A DNA stretch of 64,000 nucleotides from Polyangiaceae bacterium (lineage in GTDB: Bacteria; Myxococcota_A; Polyangia; Polyangiales; Polyangiaceae). Numbering within the stretch: the stretch's first letter is position 1; each line of letters starts with the position of its first letter. The notes under the pieces are model-generated. The model ran no database searches and had not been told where the DNA came from. It saw nothing but the letters and a program-made list of their open reading frames with translations. The stretch covers positions 3,168,001-3,232,000 of the forward strand of contig CBDCTZ010000016.1 in the NCBI GenBank assembly GCA_965222375.1, in the 5' to 3' direction. Positions 9,667 through 19,190 of this stretch are shown piece by piece. The position numbers were made by a program, and so were the translations under genes.

Positions 9667-10068
9667 ATGAGCGACTCGAGCGTCAGTCCCCCGCCCAGCC
9701 CGGCAACGGCTGAGCGCCGTCCTTCCGTTTTGCCTACCGCCGATGGGTCGGTGTCACCCATCGCGGCCACCGTAGCCGAGGCCCCGCCGCCGCCAGCGTT
9801 GCGCGGGATCGACTCCCTCGGCTTCGTGATGGATGTGCCCGTCGAACTGACCATCGAGTTGGGGCGGAAGGCGGTCAAGATCTCGGAGGTACTGCGACTC
9901 GGCCCCGGTTCCGTCATAGAACTGTCGAAGGCCAACGGGGAACCCCTCGACATCTATGTCAACAACCGACTCATTGCTCGCGGCGAGGCGGTGGTTCTCG
10001 GCGAGCGATACGGCATCCGGTTGACCGAGGTGCTCGTCAACGACGACGGGCGGAAGGGCGCGCAATGA
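9667..10068 (+). CDS. fliN: Flagellar motor switch protein FliN
   Basis: 'MDVPVELTIELGR...VLRLGPGSVIELSKANGEPLDIYVNNRLIARGEAVV..ERYGIRLTEV'. Confidence 0.95.
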   Translation: MSDSSVSPPPSPATAERRPSVLPTADGSVSPIAATVAEAPPPPALRGIDSLGFVMDVPVELTIELGRKAVKISEVLRLGPGSVIELSKANGEPLDIYVNNRLIARGEAVVLGERYGIRLTEVLVNDDGRKGAQ

Positions 10069-10829
10069 ATCGAGCCATTCCAGCAGTGCTTGCCGTCGCG
10101 CTCATGCTCGTGTCGGGGGTTGCCTCGTCGCAGACGGCAGATGCGCCGGACGCGTCCGTTGAGGGGTCGCGCTCGTGGCTGTCATCGCGTTCCAGTGCGC
10201 CCCCGCTGTCGGTCGCCACCAAAGACACGGCACCGAGCCCTTGGCGCAGCGCCGCCCTGCTGTTGGTGCTGGCTGGGCTTGGCGGTGGAGCGCTTTATAT
10301 GCGTTACAAGCGGCGCAAGACAGTCCCGAGGCGTGAGACGCCAGCGCTGTCGATCGTTGCTTCCACCCGAGTAGGTCCGAAGGCGCACGCGGTCATGGCC
10401 CGCGTGGGTGGCCGCACACTTTTACTCGGAGTCACGGACCACTCGGTTCAGCGGATCGCGTGGTTGGAGGACGAACCAGAACCCGAGGCAGAAGCCGTGG
10501 AGGACGAGCAGCCTGATCTTTGGGACGGGCCTACGACGACCGCGCTGCACGCACCGCCCGAGCGCCAGCGACGCGTCATGCGTCCCACCGTTCCCATTGC
10601 CACGACCACGCAGAGCCCTCAGCGCGCAGGGTTTCGGGATGTGCTCATGACAGCGTTGGGGCGCCCCGCGGACGCCGCACCAGTCACGGCTCCCGCTCCG
10701 CGGACCGCCGCCCTCGCTATCGCAGAAGAAACCCAGGACCGCTACGTTCCTAGTCGACGACGCGAAGAAGTCTTGGAGGTCGAGAGTCAAGCCGCTGGGC
10801 TGATTGCCCGGTTGGACGGATTGTCATGA
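10065..10829 (+). CDS. fliO: Flagellar biosynthesis protein FliO
   Basis: Signal-like N-terminus, one TM, 'LSIVASTRVGPK...VGGRTLLLGVTDHSV'; between fliN and fliP. Confidence 0.85.
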   Translation: MNRAIPAVLAVALMLVSGVASSQTADAPDASVEGSRSWLSSRSSAPPLSVATKDTAPSPWRSAALLLVLAGLGGGALYMRYKRRKTVPRRETPALSIVASTRVGPKAHAVMARVGGRTLLLGVTDHSVQRIAWLEDEPEPEAEAVEDEQPDLWDGPTTTALHAPPERQRRVMRPTVPIATTTQSPQRAGFRDVLMTALGRPADAAPVTAPAPRTAALAIAEETQDRYVPSRRREEVLEVESQAAGLIARLDGLS

Positions 10830-11482
10830 ACGGCGTGGACGGGCTTCTGCAAGGGCAACAGCTCGCGCCATCCCTCAAGATCCTCGCGATCGTCACGATA
10901 CTCTCGCTGCTGCCGGCGATTGTTCTGACCTGTACGTCCTTCGTGCGCACGGTGATCGTGCTGTCCTTCGTACGTCAAGGCATCGGCACGCAGACTCCGC
11001 CAAGCCAGGTGATCATCGGCTTGTCGCTATTCCTCACGCTGTTCACCATGGCTCCCGTCTTCGACGAAATGAAGAAGGCTGCCTATGACCCCTACCAGGC
11101 GGGACAGATCACTGAGACCCAGGCCTTGGACAAGGCCGTTGTTCCCCTGAAAAGGTTCATGCTGCGCCAGACCCGGGAGGCAGATCTGCGCCTCTTCTAC
11201 GACGTGACCAAGGAACCACTGCCCGCGACGGCGGATGAGGTGCCTCTGCGTTTGGCAGTGCCAGCCTTCGTGGTTTCGGAACTGACCACTGCGTTCCAAA
11301 TGGGCGTGATCGTTCTCTTGCCCTTCTTGGTTGTGGACCTGGCCGTTGCTTCTCTGCTCATGAGCATGGGCATGATGATGGTCCCGCCGACTACCTTGTC
11401 CCTACCCATCAAGTTACTCCTATTCGTACTAGTTGACGGATGGAGCCTACTTGCCGGCTCGTTGCTGCGGAGTTTCGTATGA
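10826..11482 (+). CDS. fliP: Flagellar export gate protein FliP
   Basis: 'TSFVRTVIVLSFVRQGIGTQTPP.QV', 'PAFVVSEL.TAFQMG', 'MGMMMVPP..LSLPIKLLLFVLVDGW'. Confidence 0.97.
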   Translation: MNGVDGLLQGQQLAPSLKILAIVTILSLLPAIVLTCTSFVRTVIVLSFVRQGIGTQTPPSQVIIGLSLFLTLFTMAPVFDEMKKAAYDPYQAGQITETQALDKAVVPLKRFMLRQTREADLRLFYDVTKEPLPATADEVPLRLAVPAFVVSELTTAFQMGVIVLLPFLVVDLAVASLLMSMGMMMVPPTTLSLPIKLLLFVLVDGWSLLAGSLLRSFV

Positions 11483-11748
11483 GCACTGACGGTGCAGTCG
11501 AGCTCCTCCGTAATGCCATGATCGTCACGGCCATGGTAGCCGGCCCGTTGTTGTTGGCCGCTCTGCTCATGGGCCTGGTGGTTGGCGTGTTGCAGGCGGC
11601 GACCCAAGTCAACGAAGCCAGCATCAGCTTCGTGACCAAACTGATCGCAATCGCAACGATGTTCCTGCTGCTCGGCTCTTGGACCTTGCGCCAAATGGTC
11701 GACTACACGCACCGCACGATTGCATCCATTTCCGATGTGACGCGGTGA
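11479..11748 (+). CDS. fliQ: Flagellar export gate protein FliQ
   Basis: ATGA overlap with fliP; 'GLVVGVLQAATQVNEASISFVTK'; 89 aa. Confidence 0.95.
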   Translation: MSTDGAVELLRNAMIVTAMVAGPLLLAALLMGLVVGVLQAATQVNEASISFVTKLIAIATMFLLLGSWTLRQMVDYTHRTIASISDVTR

Positions 11749-12527
11749 ACACTCTCAATCAGATCGCGACCCTGGAACTATACGCCTTCCTCTTGGAAGG
11801 CGTCCGCATATTGGGCGTGCTGCTGATCGCTCCCCTGTCTTGGTCCGTGGCCCCGGCGCGAGTGCGCGCTGGCTTGGTCATCGTGCTGGCGGTCGTTGCG
11901 CACGGGCAAACCCCCGCGGACTCGGCTGTGCTCGACTCCCTCGTCGCCCTGGCCCTGGCATTGGGCGCCGAGTTTGTCTTGGGCCTGGCGATGGGCTTCG
12001 TCGTGCGGCTCAGCATCGCTGTCGCTGAGATTGCCGCCGAGGGTGTGGCGCCACTGATTGGTTTGGGCATCGCCCAAGTGTTCGACCCGGCCATCTCGGG
12101 CAGCCAAAACGTGCTTGCGAAGTTGTTCCGCAATTTCGCCATCTTGTTGGCCGTCGTTGCCGGAGTGCATCGCGTGGTGCTGGGCGCCTTGTTGCAGAGC
12201 TTCAGGATCCTGCCCCCAGGAACACCGTCCTCGGTTCACCTCACGGTGCCGTCCATCTTGCAGTTGAGTGCGGATGCTCTGGCGTCGGGCGTGCGCATCG
12301 CCGTTCCCCTTATCGCCATCCTCTTCATGACCCAGATCGCTCTCGCGTTCATTTCCCGAGCTGCGCCTGCGATGCAGATTTTTTCGATCGGCTTCGCAGT
12401 CACGTTGCTCGTTGGAATGAGCGTGCTGATTCTCGCCTCCCCGGATATGGGGCATCAAATTCTCGTTGACCTCTCCCACGTCGGGCGGCGAATCGAAACG
12501 CTGCTCCTCGTTCTGACGACTGGATGA
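11745..12527 (+). CDS. fliR: Flagellar export gate protein FliR
   Basis: GTGA overlap with fliQ; multi-TM; 'EFVLGLAMG', 'QVFDP', 'SRAAPAMQIFSIGF'. Confidence 0.94.
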   Translation: MNTLNQIATLELYAFLLEGVRILGVLLIAPLSWSVAPARVRAGLVIVLAVVAHGQTPADSAVLDSLVALALALGAEFVLGLAMGFVVRLSIAVAEIAAEGVAPLIGLGIAQVFDPAISGSQNVLAKLFRNFAILLAVVAGVHRVVLGALLQSFRILPPGTPSSVHLTVPSILQLSADALASGVRIAVPLIAILFMTQIALAFISRAAPAMQIFSIGFAVTLLVGMSVLILASPDMGHQILVDLSHVGRRIETLLLVLTTG

Positions 12528-12531
12528 GCCG

Positions 12532-13599
12532 ATGTCCCAGAACGACGATGCCGAAAAAACAGAGGAGGCAACTCCAGAACGGAGGAAAAAGGCTCGCGAG
12601 GAAGGCCAGATCCCCAAAGCGAAGGATGCCGGCGCCGTCGCCGCATCCTTCGCCGTGCTGTTGGGATTGGTGGCGTTCGGTGATGAGCTTGTCGCCGCCG
12701 TTCGGGTCTTTGCGACCAGCTGCCTCGGGCAACCCCGGGAGCTTTCCCAAGGCGGGTTCGACCGAGTGGGCCAGATGGCGGGTGGAGTCCTTGCCGTGAC
12801 GTCCATTCCTCTCGCCATGGCTGCAGCAATAGCGGCTACCGGCATGGGATTCCTTGAAGCTGGATACATGCCTCGCGCGGAGCTGGTGGCGCCGAAATGG
12901 AACCGCTTGTCACCCTTGAACAAGCTCAAGCAGCTGTTCTCGCCGGTGTCCGGCACGACGAACACCCTGCTTGCTCTCGCTCGGGTGGGCGTTGTGGGTG
13001 GGGTCGCCTACTACGTATGCGCCGATGCATTTCCTGCGCTGACGCGCATGTCTCGGGCGCCCCTGTCTGGAAGCATCATCGCGATTGCAGATGTGGCGGC
13101 GCGATTGGCTCTATGGGCGACTCTCGCGTTGGCGGCCCTGGCCGTCGTCGACTACGCGCAAGCCTGGTTCAAGCACGAAAAGCAGATCCGCATGAGCCGC
13201 CAAGAGGTCAAGGACGAGATGAAGCAGCAAGAGGGCGACCCTCAGCTGAAGTCACGCCAGCGGGCAAAGGCTCGGGAGTTGGCCAAACGCAACATTGCAA
13301 AGGAACTCAAGACTGCCGACGTCGTCATCACCAACCCAACCCACGTGGCCGTTGCTGTGCGCTATCGGCCTCAGGAGGGAGCGCCGGTAGTGGTAGCCAA
13401 AGGTTTCGACGACGTTGCCCAGTACATCAAGGAGTTGGCCAAGGAGCTAGAGATCCCGACTGTGGAGAACGTCCCCCTAGCCCGTGGTTTGGCGGACCAG
13501 GTGCGAGTCGGTCGCGCTATTCCCGTGGAGCTCTATGCAGCCGTCGCCGAAGTGCTCGCCTTCGTCTACAGACTGCAGGGGCGCGGGCGGAGGGCCTAG
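12532..13599 (+). CDS. flhB: Flagellar export switch protein FlhB
   Basis: 'EKTEEATPERRKKAREEGQ', 'EGDPQLK', intact NPTH autocleavage motif, 'ENVPLAR'. Confidence 0.97.
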   Translation: MSQNDDAEKTEEATPERRKKAREEGQIPKAKDAGAVAASFAVLLGLVAFGDELVAAVRVFATSCLGQPRELSQGGFDRVGQMAGGVLAVTSIPLAMAAAIAATGMGFLEAGYMPRAELVAPKWNRLSPLNKLKQLFSPVSGTTNTLLALARVGVVGGVAYYVCADAFPALTRMSRAPLSGSIIAIADVAARLALWATLALAALAVVDYAQAWFKHEKQIRMSRQEVKDEMKQQEGDPQLKSRQRAKARELAKRNIAKELKTADVVITNPTHVAVAVRYRPQEGAPVVVAKGFDDVAQYIKELAKELEIPTVENVPLARGLADQVRVGRAIPVELYAAVAEVLAFVYRLQGRGRRA

Positions 13600-13777
13600 C
13601 TATCATGCAGGTACCGGACTTTGTCCTCAAGTTCTGCCTGCCAGGCCGTTCCATTCCCGTAGGAGCAGATGTTACGCGGGGCAAACTGGCGGGCGTCGCG
13701 CTGCATGTGGGGATGAACGCTGTGGGCCGATCTGACGACTTCGACAACCGACTCGCCACGGGCGCCGGGAGCCCTCG

Positions 13778-15067
13778 ATGAAGTTGCTCTTCGTCGACGA
13801 CGAACCCAATGTGCTGCGAGGCCTCTCACGCTTGCTTTTTCAGTACAGCGACGAGTGGGACATGCACTTTTCGTCCAGTGGGGAGGAGGCATTGCGTGTC
13901 TTGAGCGAGGACCCCATCGACGTCCTGGTGACCGACATGCGCATGCCCGGGATGGACGGCGCCAAGCTGCTCGAGATCGTGCACGAGAAACACCCTCGGG
14001 TCGCGCGGGTCGTGCTTTCCGGTCATACGGAGCTGGAAGTTGCGCTGCGAGCCATGCCCGTGGCGCATCAATTTCTCGCCAAGCCGTGTCCAGCCGAGGC
14101 GCTGCGTGGCGTCCTGGAGAGGGCTGCGCGTTTGCATACCTTGGTTGAAGATCCGGTTCTTCAACAGCTCGTCGGCGGGCTTTCGGCCTTGCCCGCTCGA
14201 CCGACGGTGTTCTTCGAGTTGAATCGAGTGCTGGCTCAAGACAAGGCCGGCGCGCGGGATGTTGCCAAGGTGATCGGTGACGACGTCGGTATCAGCGCGA
14301 CGGTGTTGCACTTGGTCAACTCTGCCTTCTTTGGTGCGTCATCCCAGATAAGGGCCGTGGACGCCGCCGTGGCGCGCCTGGGAGTCAACGTGGTCAAGTC
14401 AGTTGTCCTGAGCGCAGAAGTTGCCCGAGCATTCCAAGTGGCACCGGCCCACGCCGACTACATCGACGCGGTCACCCAAGCCTCGCTCAGGGTCGCCCGC
14501 GTCGCCCAGGCCATCGCACCAAAGCTCGTGACCCGTCGCGGAGCCGCGGATGCCGTCTCGGATGTGTTCATGTCGGGCATTCTGCACCGCGTGGGTCTGT
14601 TGGTGCTGGCCGCCAAGGCGCCCGCGCGCTTGCTCGAACTGCGAGAAGCTCGAGAAGGCTCGGACGAGTCGGAAGCCGAGCTGGAACGCAGGATTCTGGG
14701 CACGACCCATCCGGACATCGGCGCCTATCTGTTGGGCCTGTGGGGGTTGCCCTACGACATCAGCGAGGCGGTGCAGTTTCATCGCCTGCCCGAGGCGCTT
14801 GCTGGCCAGGGTTGGTCCCCAGGAGCGGTGCTCGCTCTGGCGCGCGCCCTGGTCGACGAGCTCGACGCACCTTCAGAAGCCCCAGATGTCGAAGTCACCG
14901 TCGATGCACTGCGATGCGACGCGAACCTCAGCGAGCTGCGCGAGGTTCGAGATCGTGTCTGCTGCGCTGAGCACGACAGCGGGCGTCGGAGCGGTGACGA
15001 CCTACGGCGCCAGTCCTCTGGCGCTTCAGGCCGCAAGCGCCGCCATCCAGGCAGCGGCGATGTGTGA
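13778..15067 (+). CDS. Response regulator receiver + HDOD domain protein
   Basis: REC: 'LFVDDE', 'TDMRMPGMDG', 'LSG', 'AKP'; HDOD: 'VLHLVNSAFFG', 'GILHRVG', 'HPDIGAYLLGLWGLP'. Confidence 0.92.
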   Translation: MKLLFVDDEPNVLRGLSRLLFQYSDEWDMHFSSSGEEALRVLSEDPIDVLVTDMRMPGMDGAKLLEIVHEKHPRVARVVLSGHTELEVALRAMPVAHQFLAKPCPAEALRGVLERAARLHTLVEDPVLQQLVGGLSALPARPTVFFELNRVLAQDKAGARDVAKVIGDDVGISATVLHLVNSAFFGASSQIRAVDAAVARLGVNVVKSVVLSAEVARAFQVAPAHADYIDAVTQASLRVARVAQAIAPKLVTRRGAADAVSDVFMSGILHRVGLLVLAAKAPARLLELREAREGSDESEAELERRILGTTHPDIGAYLLGLWGLPYDISEAVQFHRLPEALAGQGWSPGAVLALARALVDELDAPSEAPDVEVTVDALRCDANLSELREVRDRVCCAEHDSGRRSGDDLRRQSSGASGRKRRHPGSGDV

Positions 15068-15115
15068 ACCGCGTGCTTTGTTGGTGGACGTGGACACAGC
15101 GCGCGCCTGAACACG

Positions 15116-15131
15116 TGGCACGCTTCTGGCA
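15116..15131 (+). promoter_or_regulatory. Putative sigma54 promoter for flhA-flhF-fliA
   Basis: TGGCACGCTTCTGGCA: GG-N10-GC, one mismatch to TGGCAC-N5-TTGCW; ends 12 bp before the flhA GTG. Confidence 0.5.
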
Positions 15132-15143
15132 CTCGCTTGGTGC

Positions 15144-17237
15144 GTGGCCTCCAGCATCGCTGCGAATGATACGACGAGTACCGTCAAGGAATTGACGATA
15201 CCTCTCGCCATCGTCGGCATCGTGCTGATGATGGTCTTGCCGCTGCCGGCGTTCTTCATCGACCTGCTTTTGGCGTTCTCCTTGGCTGTGTCCATCGGGG
15301 TTTTCCTGATTGGGCTATTCATGGAGTCTCCCCTTCAGTTCAGCTCCTTTCCCGCGGTCATTCTCGTCGCCACGTTGTTGCGACTGAGCCTGAACGTTGC
15401 GACGACGCGGCTGATTCTGCTCAAGGGTCACGAGGGTCATAACGCTGCGGGGCAGGTCGTCGAGACCTTCGGGAAGTTCGTCGTCGGCGGCAACGTGGTT
15501 GTCGGCCTGGTCGTGTTCCTGATTCTGGTCGTGATCAACTTCGTGGTGATCACCAAGGGTGCGGGCCGCGTCGCAGAAGTCGCCGCGCGCTTTGCCTTGG
15601 ACGGCATGCCCGGCAAGCAGATGGCAATCGACGCTGACATGAATGCTGGGATCATTTCAGCGGACGTTGCCCGCGATCGCCGCCGCGGCATCGAGCGAGA
15701 AGCCGATTTCTACGGCGCCATGGATGGCGCGAGCAAGTTCGTCAAGGGTGACGCCATCGCCGGCCTGTTGATCACCGCGATCAACCTGATCGGTGGCTTG
15801 TTGATTGGCGTAGGTGGTGGGATGAGCCTCGCGAGTGCCGCCGAGACCTTCTCGATTCTGTCCGTAGGCGACGCGCTGGTATCCCAGATGCCCTCGCTGT
15901 TGGTTTCCACGGCCGCTGGTGTGGTGGTGACACGGTCAGCGACCGGACAGCAACTGGGGCGAGCATTCCGTTCACAACTGTTGGGCAGTCATCGTGCTGC
16001 CGCGGCAACCGCGGGCGTGCTCGCCGTGTTCGCGGTTCTGCCGGGAATGCCAGCGCTGCCGTTCTTGGCCATCGCGGGCGCGCTGATCTGGACGGCCAAG
16101 AATGCCAAGGCCCTCGAGCCCGTGGAAGCCACCCCGGAGGACGCTCCAGAAGAGTCTGGGCCGCAGCCGGCGTCTCAAGAAGACATCGAGGCTTCACTGC
16201 CTCTCGACGTCATGTCGCTCGAGGTCGGCTACGAGCTCATTCACATCGTCGATCCTAAGATGGGCGGCTCCTTGGTGGATCGCATCGCTGCTCTTCGCAA
16301 GCAGATCGCCATGGACCTGGGCATTGTGATCCCTCCAGTTCACATTCGCGACAACCTTGCCCTCGGCCCAGGAGCCTACCGCTTCATGCTGTTAGGCACG
16401 GAGATCACAGGTGGCGAAGTGCGCGGTGGAAAGCTCCTGGCCATGGACGCCACGGGAACCGCGGCTCCCATCGAAGGCGAAGAAACCAAAGACCCTGCCT
16501 TCGGCACGCCGGCGCGCTGGGTCACGACACGCGACCGCGAGCTAGCGGAAGCGCTCGGCTACACCGTTGTCGATCACACCACCATCGTCGCCACTCACCT
16601 GGCGGAGATCGTCCGACGCCACGCTCACGAGATAGTCGGGCGTTCCGAGCTTTCCCACCTATTCGAGGTGTTCTCTCGTTCGACGCCGAAGCTGGTCGAA
16701 GACCTGATCCCGAACCAATTGTCCCTGGGCGAGACGCTCAAGGTCGTGCGCAACCTGTTGCGCGAGAGCGTCTCGATTCGGGACCTGCGCACGCTACTGG
16801 AAGCGCTGATTGAGCTTTCCGTGGGCACGCGGGATCCCGAGCAGCTCACCGAGATGGTTCGCCAGCGGCTGTCGCGTCAACTGACCACTCAAGTCAGCAG
16901 CGCCGATGGCACCGTGTCCACCTTGGTGCTCGACGCGGCCGTGGAGGAGATCTTCCGCCGCTCTTTGCGCGAGATTGCCAGTGGCACCGGCGGTGCCCTG
17001 GACCCAGAGCAAGCAAAGACTCTGGGACAAGCTCTGGAGGCGGCCTGTCAACGCATGTTGGCGGCAGGTCGCCCTCCATTGGTCGTGACTGGGCCGGACG
17101 TTCGGCGCTACGTGCGTGCGTTCGCAGAGCGCCGCTGCCCTATGCTCACGGTGCTTTCGTTCCGCGAGATCGAACCGGAAGCGACGATTCGTCCTTTCGA
17201 GGTGATTCAGCTGGAGGAGCAGGTGCAGAGCCAATGA
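15144..17237 (+). CDS. flhA: Flagellar export protein FlhA
   Basis: 'RLSLNVATTRLIL', 'VITKGAGRVAEVAARFALDGMPGKQMAIDAD', 'FYGAMDGASKFVKGDAIAG'; 697 aa. Confidence 0.97.
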   Translation: MASSIAANDTTSTVKELTIPLAIVGIVLMMVLPLPAFFIDLLLAFSLAVSIGVFLIGLFMESPLQFSSFPAVILVATLLRLSLNVATTRLILLKGHEGHNAAGQVVETFGKFVVGGNVVVGLVVFLILVVINFVVITKGAGRVAEVAARFALDGMPGKQMAIDADMNAGIISADVARDRRRGIEREADFYGAMDGASKFVKGDAIAGLLITAINLIGGLLIGVGGGMSLASAAETFSILSVGDALVSQMPSLLVSTAAGVVVTRSATGQQLGRAFRSQLLGSHRAAAATAGVLAVFAVLPGMPALPFLAIAGALIWTAKNAKALEPVEATPEDAPEESGPQPASQEDIEASLPLDVMSLEVGYELIHIVDPKMGGSLVDRIAALRKQIAMDLGIVIPPVHIRDNLALGPGAYRFMLLGTEITGGEVRGGKLLAMDATGTAAPIEGEETKDPAFGTPARWVTTRDRELAEALGYTVVDHTTIVATHLAEIVRRHAHEIVGRSELSHLFEVFSRSTPKLVEDLIPNQLSLGETLKVVRNLLRESVSIRDLRTLLEALIELSVGTRDPEQLTEMVRQRLSRQLTTQVSSADGTVSTLVLDAAVEEIFRRSLREIASGTGGALDPEQAKTLGQALEAACQRMLAAGRPPLVVTGPDVRRYVRAFAERRCPMLTVLSFREIEPEATIRPFEVIQLEEQVQSQ

Positions 17238-17249
17238 TGGAGGTGACCG

Positions 17250-18380
17250 TTGCAGTACCAGTTGTTTAGGGGAGTTGACGTGCGGGAAGCCCTCAAGGCA
17301 GTCAAGGCCGCCTTTGGACCCGACGCCGTGATTCATTCCACGCGGGAAATCAGCAATGGCCGTGGCGGTGCGCTTGGCGCGACCTTCATCGAGGTTGCGG
17401 CCGCGCCGGCGACGGAGGTCCAACGCTGGCCTTTCAAGGAGGCCCGCGGCCGCGGTGACGGCGCCCGGCGCGAGAGCACTCGCGCGCGGGCTCGCTCCCT
17501 GGGCAAGGGCATGGGCGTTACCCGCACCCTCGGGCTCGATGCCCGAGAGATCGAGCGGGAACTCTCGGTGTTGCGCTCGATGTTGGAAGACCTGAATGCG
17601 AGTCGGCCGCCCCGCCAGCGCGCCTATTCGATGCTGGCTGGGCTCGGCGTCGAGGGCACGCTGGCTCGGGAACTCGCGAACGGTTCAGCGCGAGCAGCAC
17701 GTCGCGGGGAGGACGCCCTGAAGACATGGCTGCGCCAGCGGCTCACGGAGCGGCTTTGCGAGTGCGATGACGTCATCTTGTCGCAGGAGCCGACACTGAT
17801 CGCAGCTGTGGGGCAAACGGGCGTTGGCAAGACCACCACCCTGGCCAAGCTCGCCGCGCGCGCGCGACTTGACCACGGTCGCTCTGTGGCGATCATCAGT
17901 CTGGATACCTACCGGGTTGGCGCGGTCGAGCAGTGGCAACGCTACGCGACCTTGATGGGTCTGCCGTTCTTCACGGCGCAGGACGAATCCGAGTTTCAGG
18001 CAGCGCTGGCCGAGTGCCGTACGGACATCGTCCTCGTGGACACGGCGGGTCGCAGTACGCTCGCCGACGACCAACGTTGGACCGTGCCGGCGTGTCTGCA
18101 GCTGGCTTCAGGGCGCATACCTCACGTCCTGTTGGTGATGCCGGCTTGGACGCGGGGCAGCGACGCTGAACGTGCAGTGTCCGCGTACGCGGAGGCAGGC
18201 GTCACGGGCCTATGCGTCACGAAGTTGGACGAGACGTTGCAAGCGGGCGGAGTGCTGCACGCCGCCATCCCCGCCGATCTCCCCTTCTACTACCTCTGCG
18301 ATGGCCCTCGGGTACCCGAGGACATTCGCTCCGCGTCCGTCAACGCCGTCGTTGACGCCCTATTCGAAAGTGCGCCGTGA
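17250..18380 (+). CDS. flhF: Flagellar SRP-family GTPase FlhF
   Basis: 'EALKAVKAAFGPDAVI'; G1 GQTGVGKTT, 'DTYRVGAVEQ', DTAGR, TKLDE, 'G.RVPEDI'; GGAGG RBS before TTG. Confidence 0.93.
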   Translation: MQYQLFRGVDVREALKAVKAAFGPDAVIHSTREISNGRGGALGATFIEVAAAPATEVQRWPFKEARGRGDGARRESTRARARSLGKGMGVTRTLGLDAREIERELSVLRSMLEDLNASRPPRQRAYSMLAGLGVEGTLARELANGSARAARRGEDALKTWLRQRLTERLCECDDVILSQEPTLIAAVGQTGVGKTTTLAKLAARARLDHGRSVAIISLDTYRVGAVEQWQRYATLMGLPFFTAQDESEFQAALAECRTDIVLVDTAGRSTLADDQRWTVPACLQLASGRIPHVLLVMPAWTRGSDAERAVSAYAEAGVTGLCVTKLDETLQAGGVLHAAIPADLPFYYLCDGPRVPEDIRSASVNAVVDALFESAP

Positions 18381-19111
18381 CGACCACTCAAGCAGCCGGA
18401 ACCAAGAAAATGAGTACAGCAGCCCTGAAGCGGGATCCGCTCGCGGACCGTGACACAGCGAGTCGCTACATGCCGCTCGTACGGAGAATTGCCATCCGAA
18501 CCGCACGAACGTTGCCATCGAGCGTCAGCTTTGACGACGTACTCAGCGCGGGCTGGGTTGGAATGGCCGAGGCGCTCACCCGGCGTCGCCCAGACATGGA
18601 CGAGGAGCACTTCGAGGCGTACGCCTCGCATCGCGTGCGCGGCGCCATCTTGGATTACCTCCGCGGACTGGATCCGTTGTCCCGCAAGCTGCGAGGGGCG
18701 TCACGGAAGATCACGGAGGCTGTCCGGGATTTGTCGCGGCGTTTCGAACGAAACCCAACGGAAGACGAGGTTGCCGGTGAGCTTGGGCTTGAGCTGGCGG
18801 AGTACCAGAAGCTCTTGGCGCAAATCTCCGAGGCTGGATACGCCCGGCTGGAACTGTCTGGCGACGAGCGAACCGACGACCCATCACCCGAGGCGATGGC
18901 TTCCCGCAGCGAAATGGTCGGGGCGGTGACCGCTGCGATTCAAACTCTGTCCGAGCGCCTGCAAATGGTCTTGGGGCTCTACTATCAGGAGGACTGTAGC
19001 TTCCGGGAAATCGGTGAAATCCTCGGAGTCACAGAGTCCCGAGTCTGCCAGCTTCACTCCGAAGCGGTTCACCTGATTCGCGCTCGACTCGGGCGCTCTA
19101 GACCCTCCTGA
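18377..19111 (+). CDS. fliA: RNA polymerase sigma-28 factor (FliA/WhiG family)
   Basis: 'YMPLVRRIA', 'YASHRVRGAILDYLRGLD', region 4 'FREIGEILGVTESRVCQLHS'. Confidence 0.94.
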   Translation: MTTTQAAGTKKMSTAALKRDPLADRDTASRYMPLVRRIAIRTARTLPSSVSFDDVLSAGWVGMAEALTRRRPDMDEEHFEAYASHRVRGAILDYLRGLDPLSRKLRGASRKITEAVRDLSRRFERNPTEDEVAGELGLELAEYQKLLAQISEAGYARLELSGDERTDDPSPEAMASRSEMVGAVTAAIQTLSERLQMVLGLYYQEDCSFREIGEILGVTESRVCQLHSEAVHLIRARLGRSRPS

Positions 19112-19143
19112 ACCACGGGCGATCCGGCGGCCAAAGTTTTTGC

Positions 19144-19170
19144 TCAAGGATCAGCGGAGGGCGCCGATGG
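19144..19170 (+). promoter_or_regulatory. Putative sigma28 promoter
   Basis: TCAA-N15-GCCGATGG upstream of the histidine kinase gene (consensus TAAA-N15-GCCGATAA). Confidence 0.55.
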
Positions 19171-19190
19171 ACTCTGGTGGAGCAAAGTTC

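Noticed and set aside
269..17237. Non-flagellar (injectisome) type III secretion system
   Set aside because: flgD, flgE, fliE, fliL, flhF, fliA and fliW are flagellum-specific; no secretin or needle genes seen.
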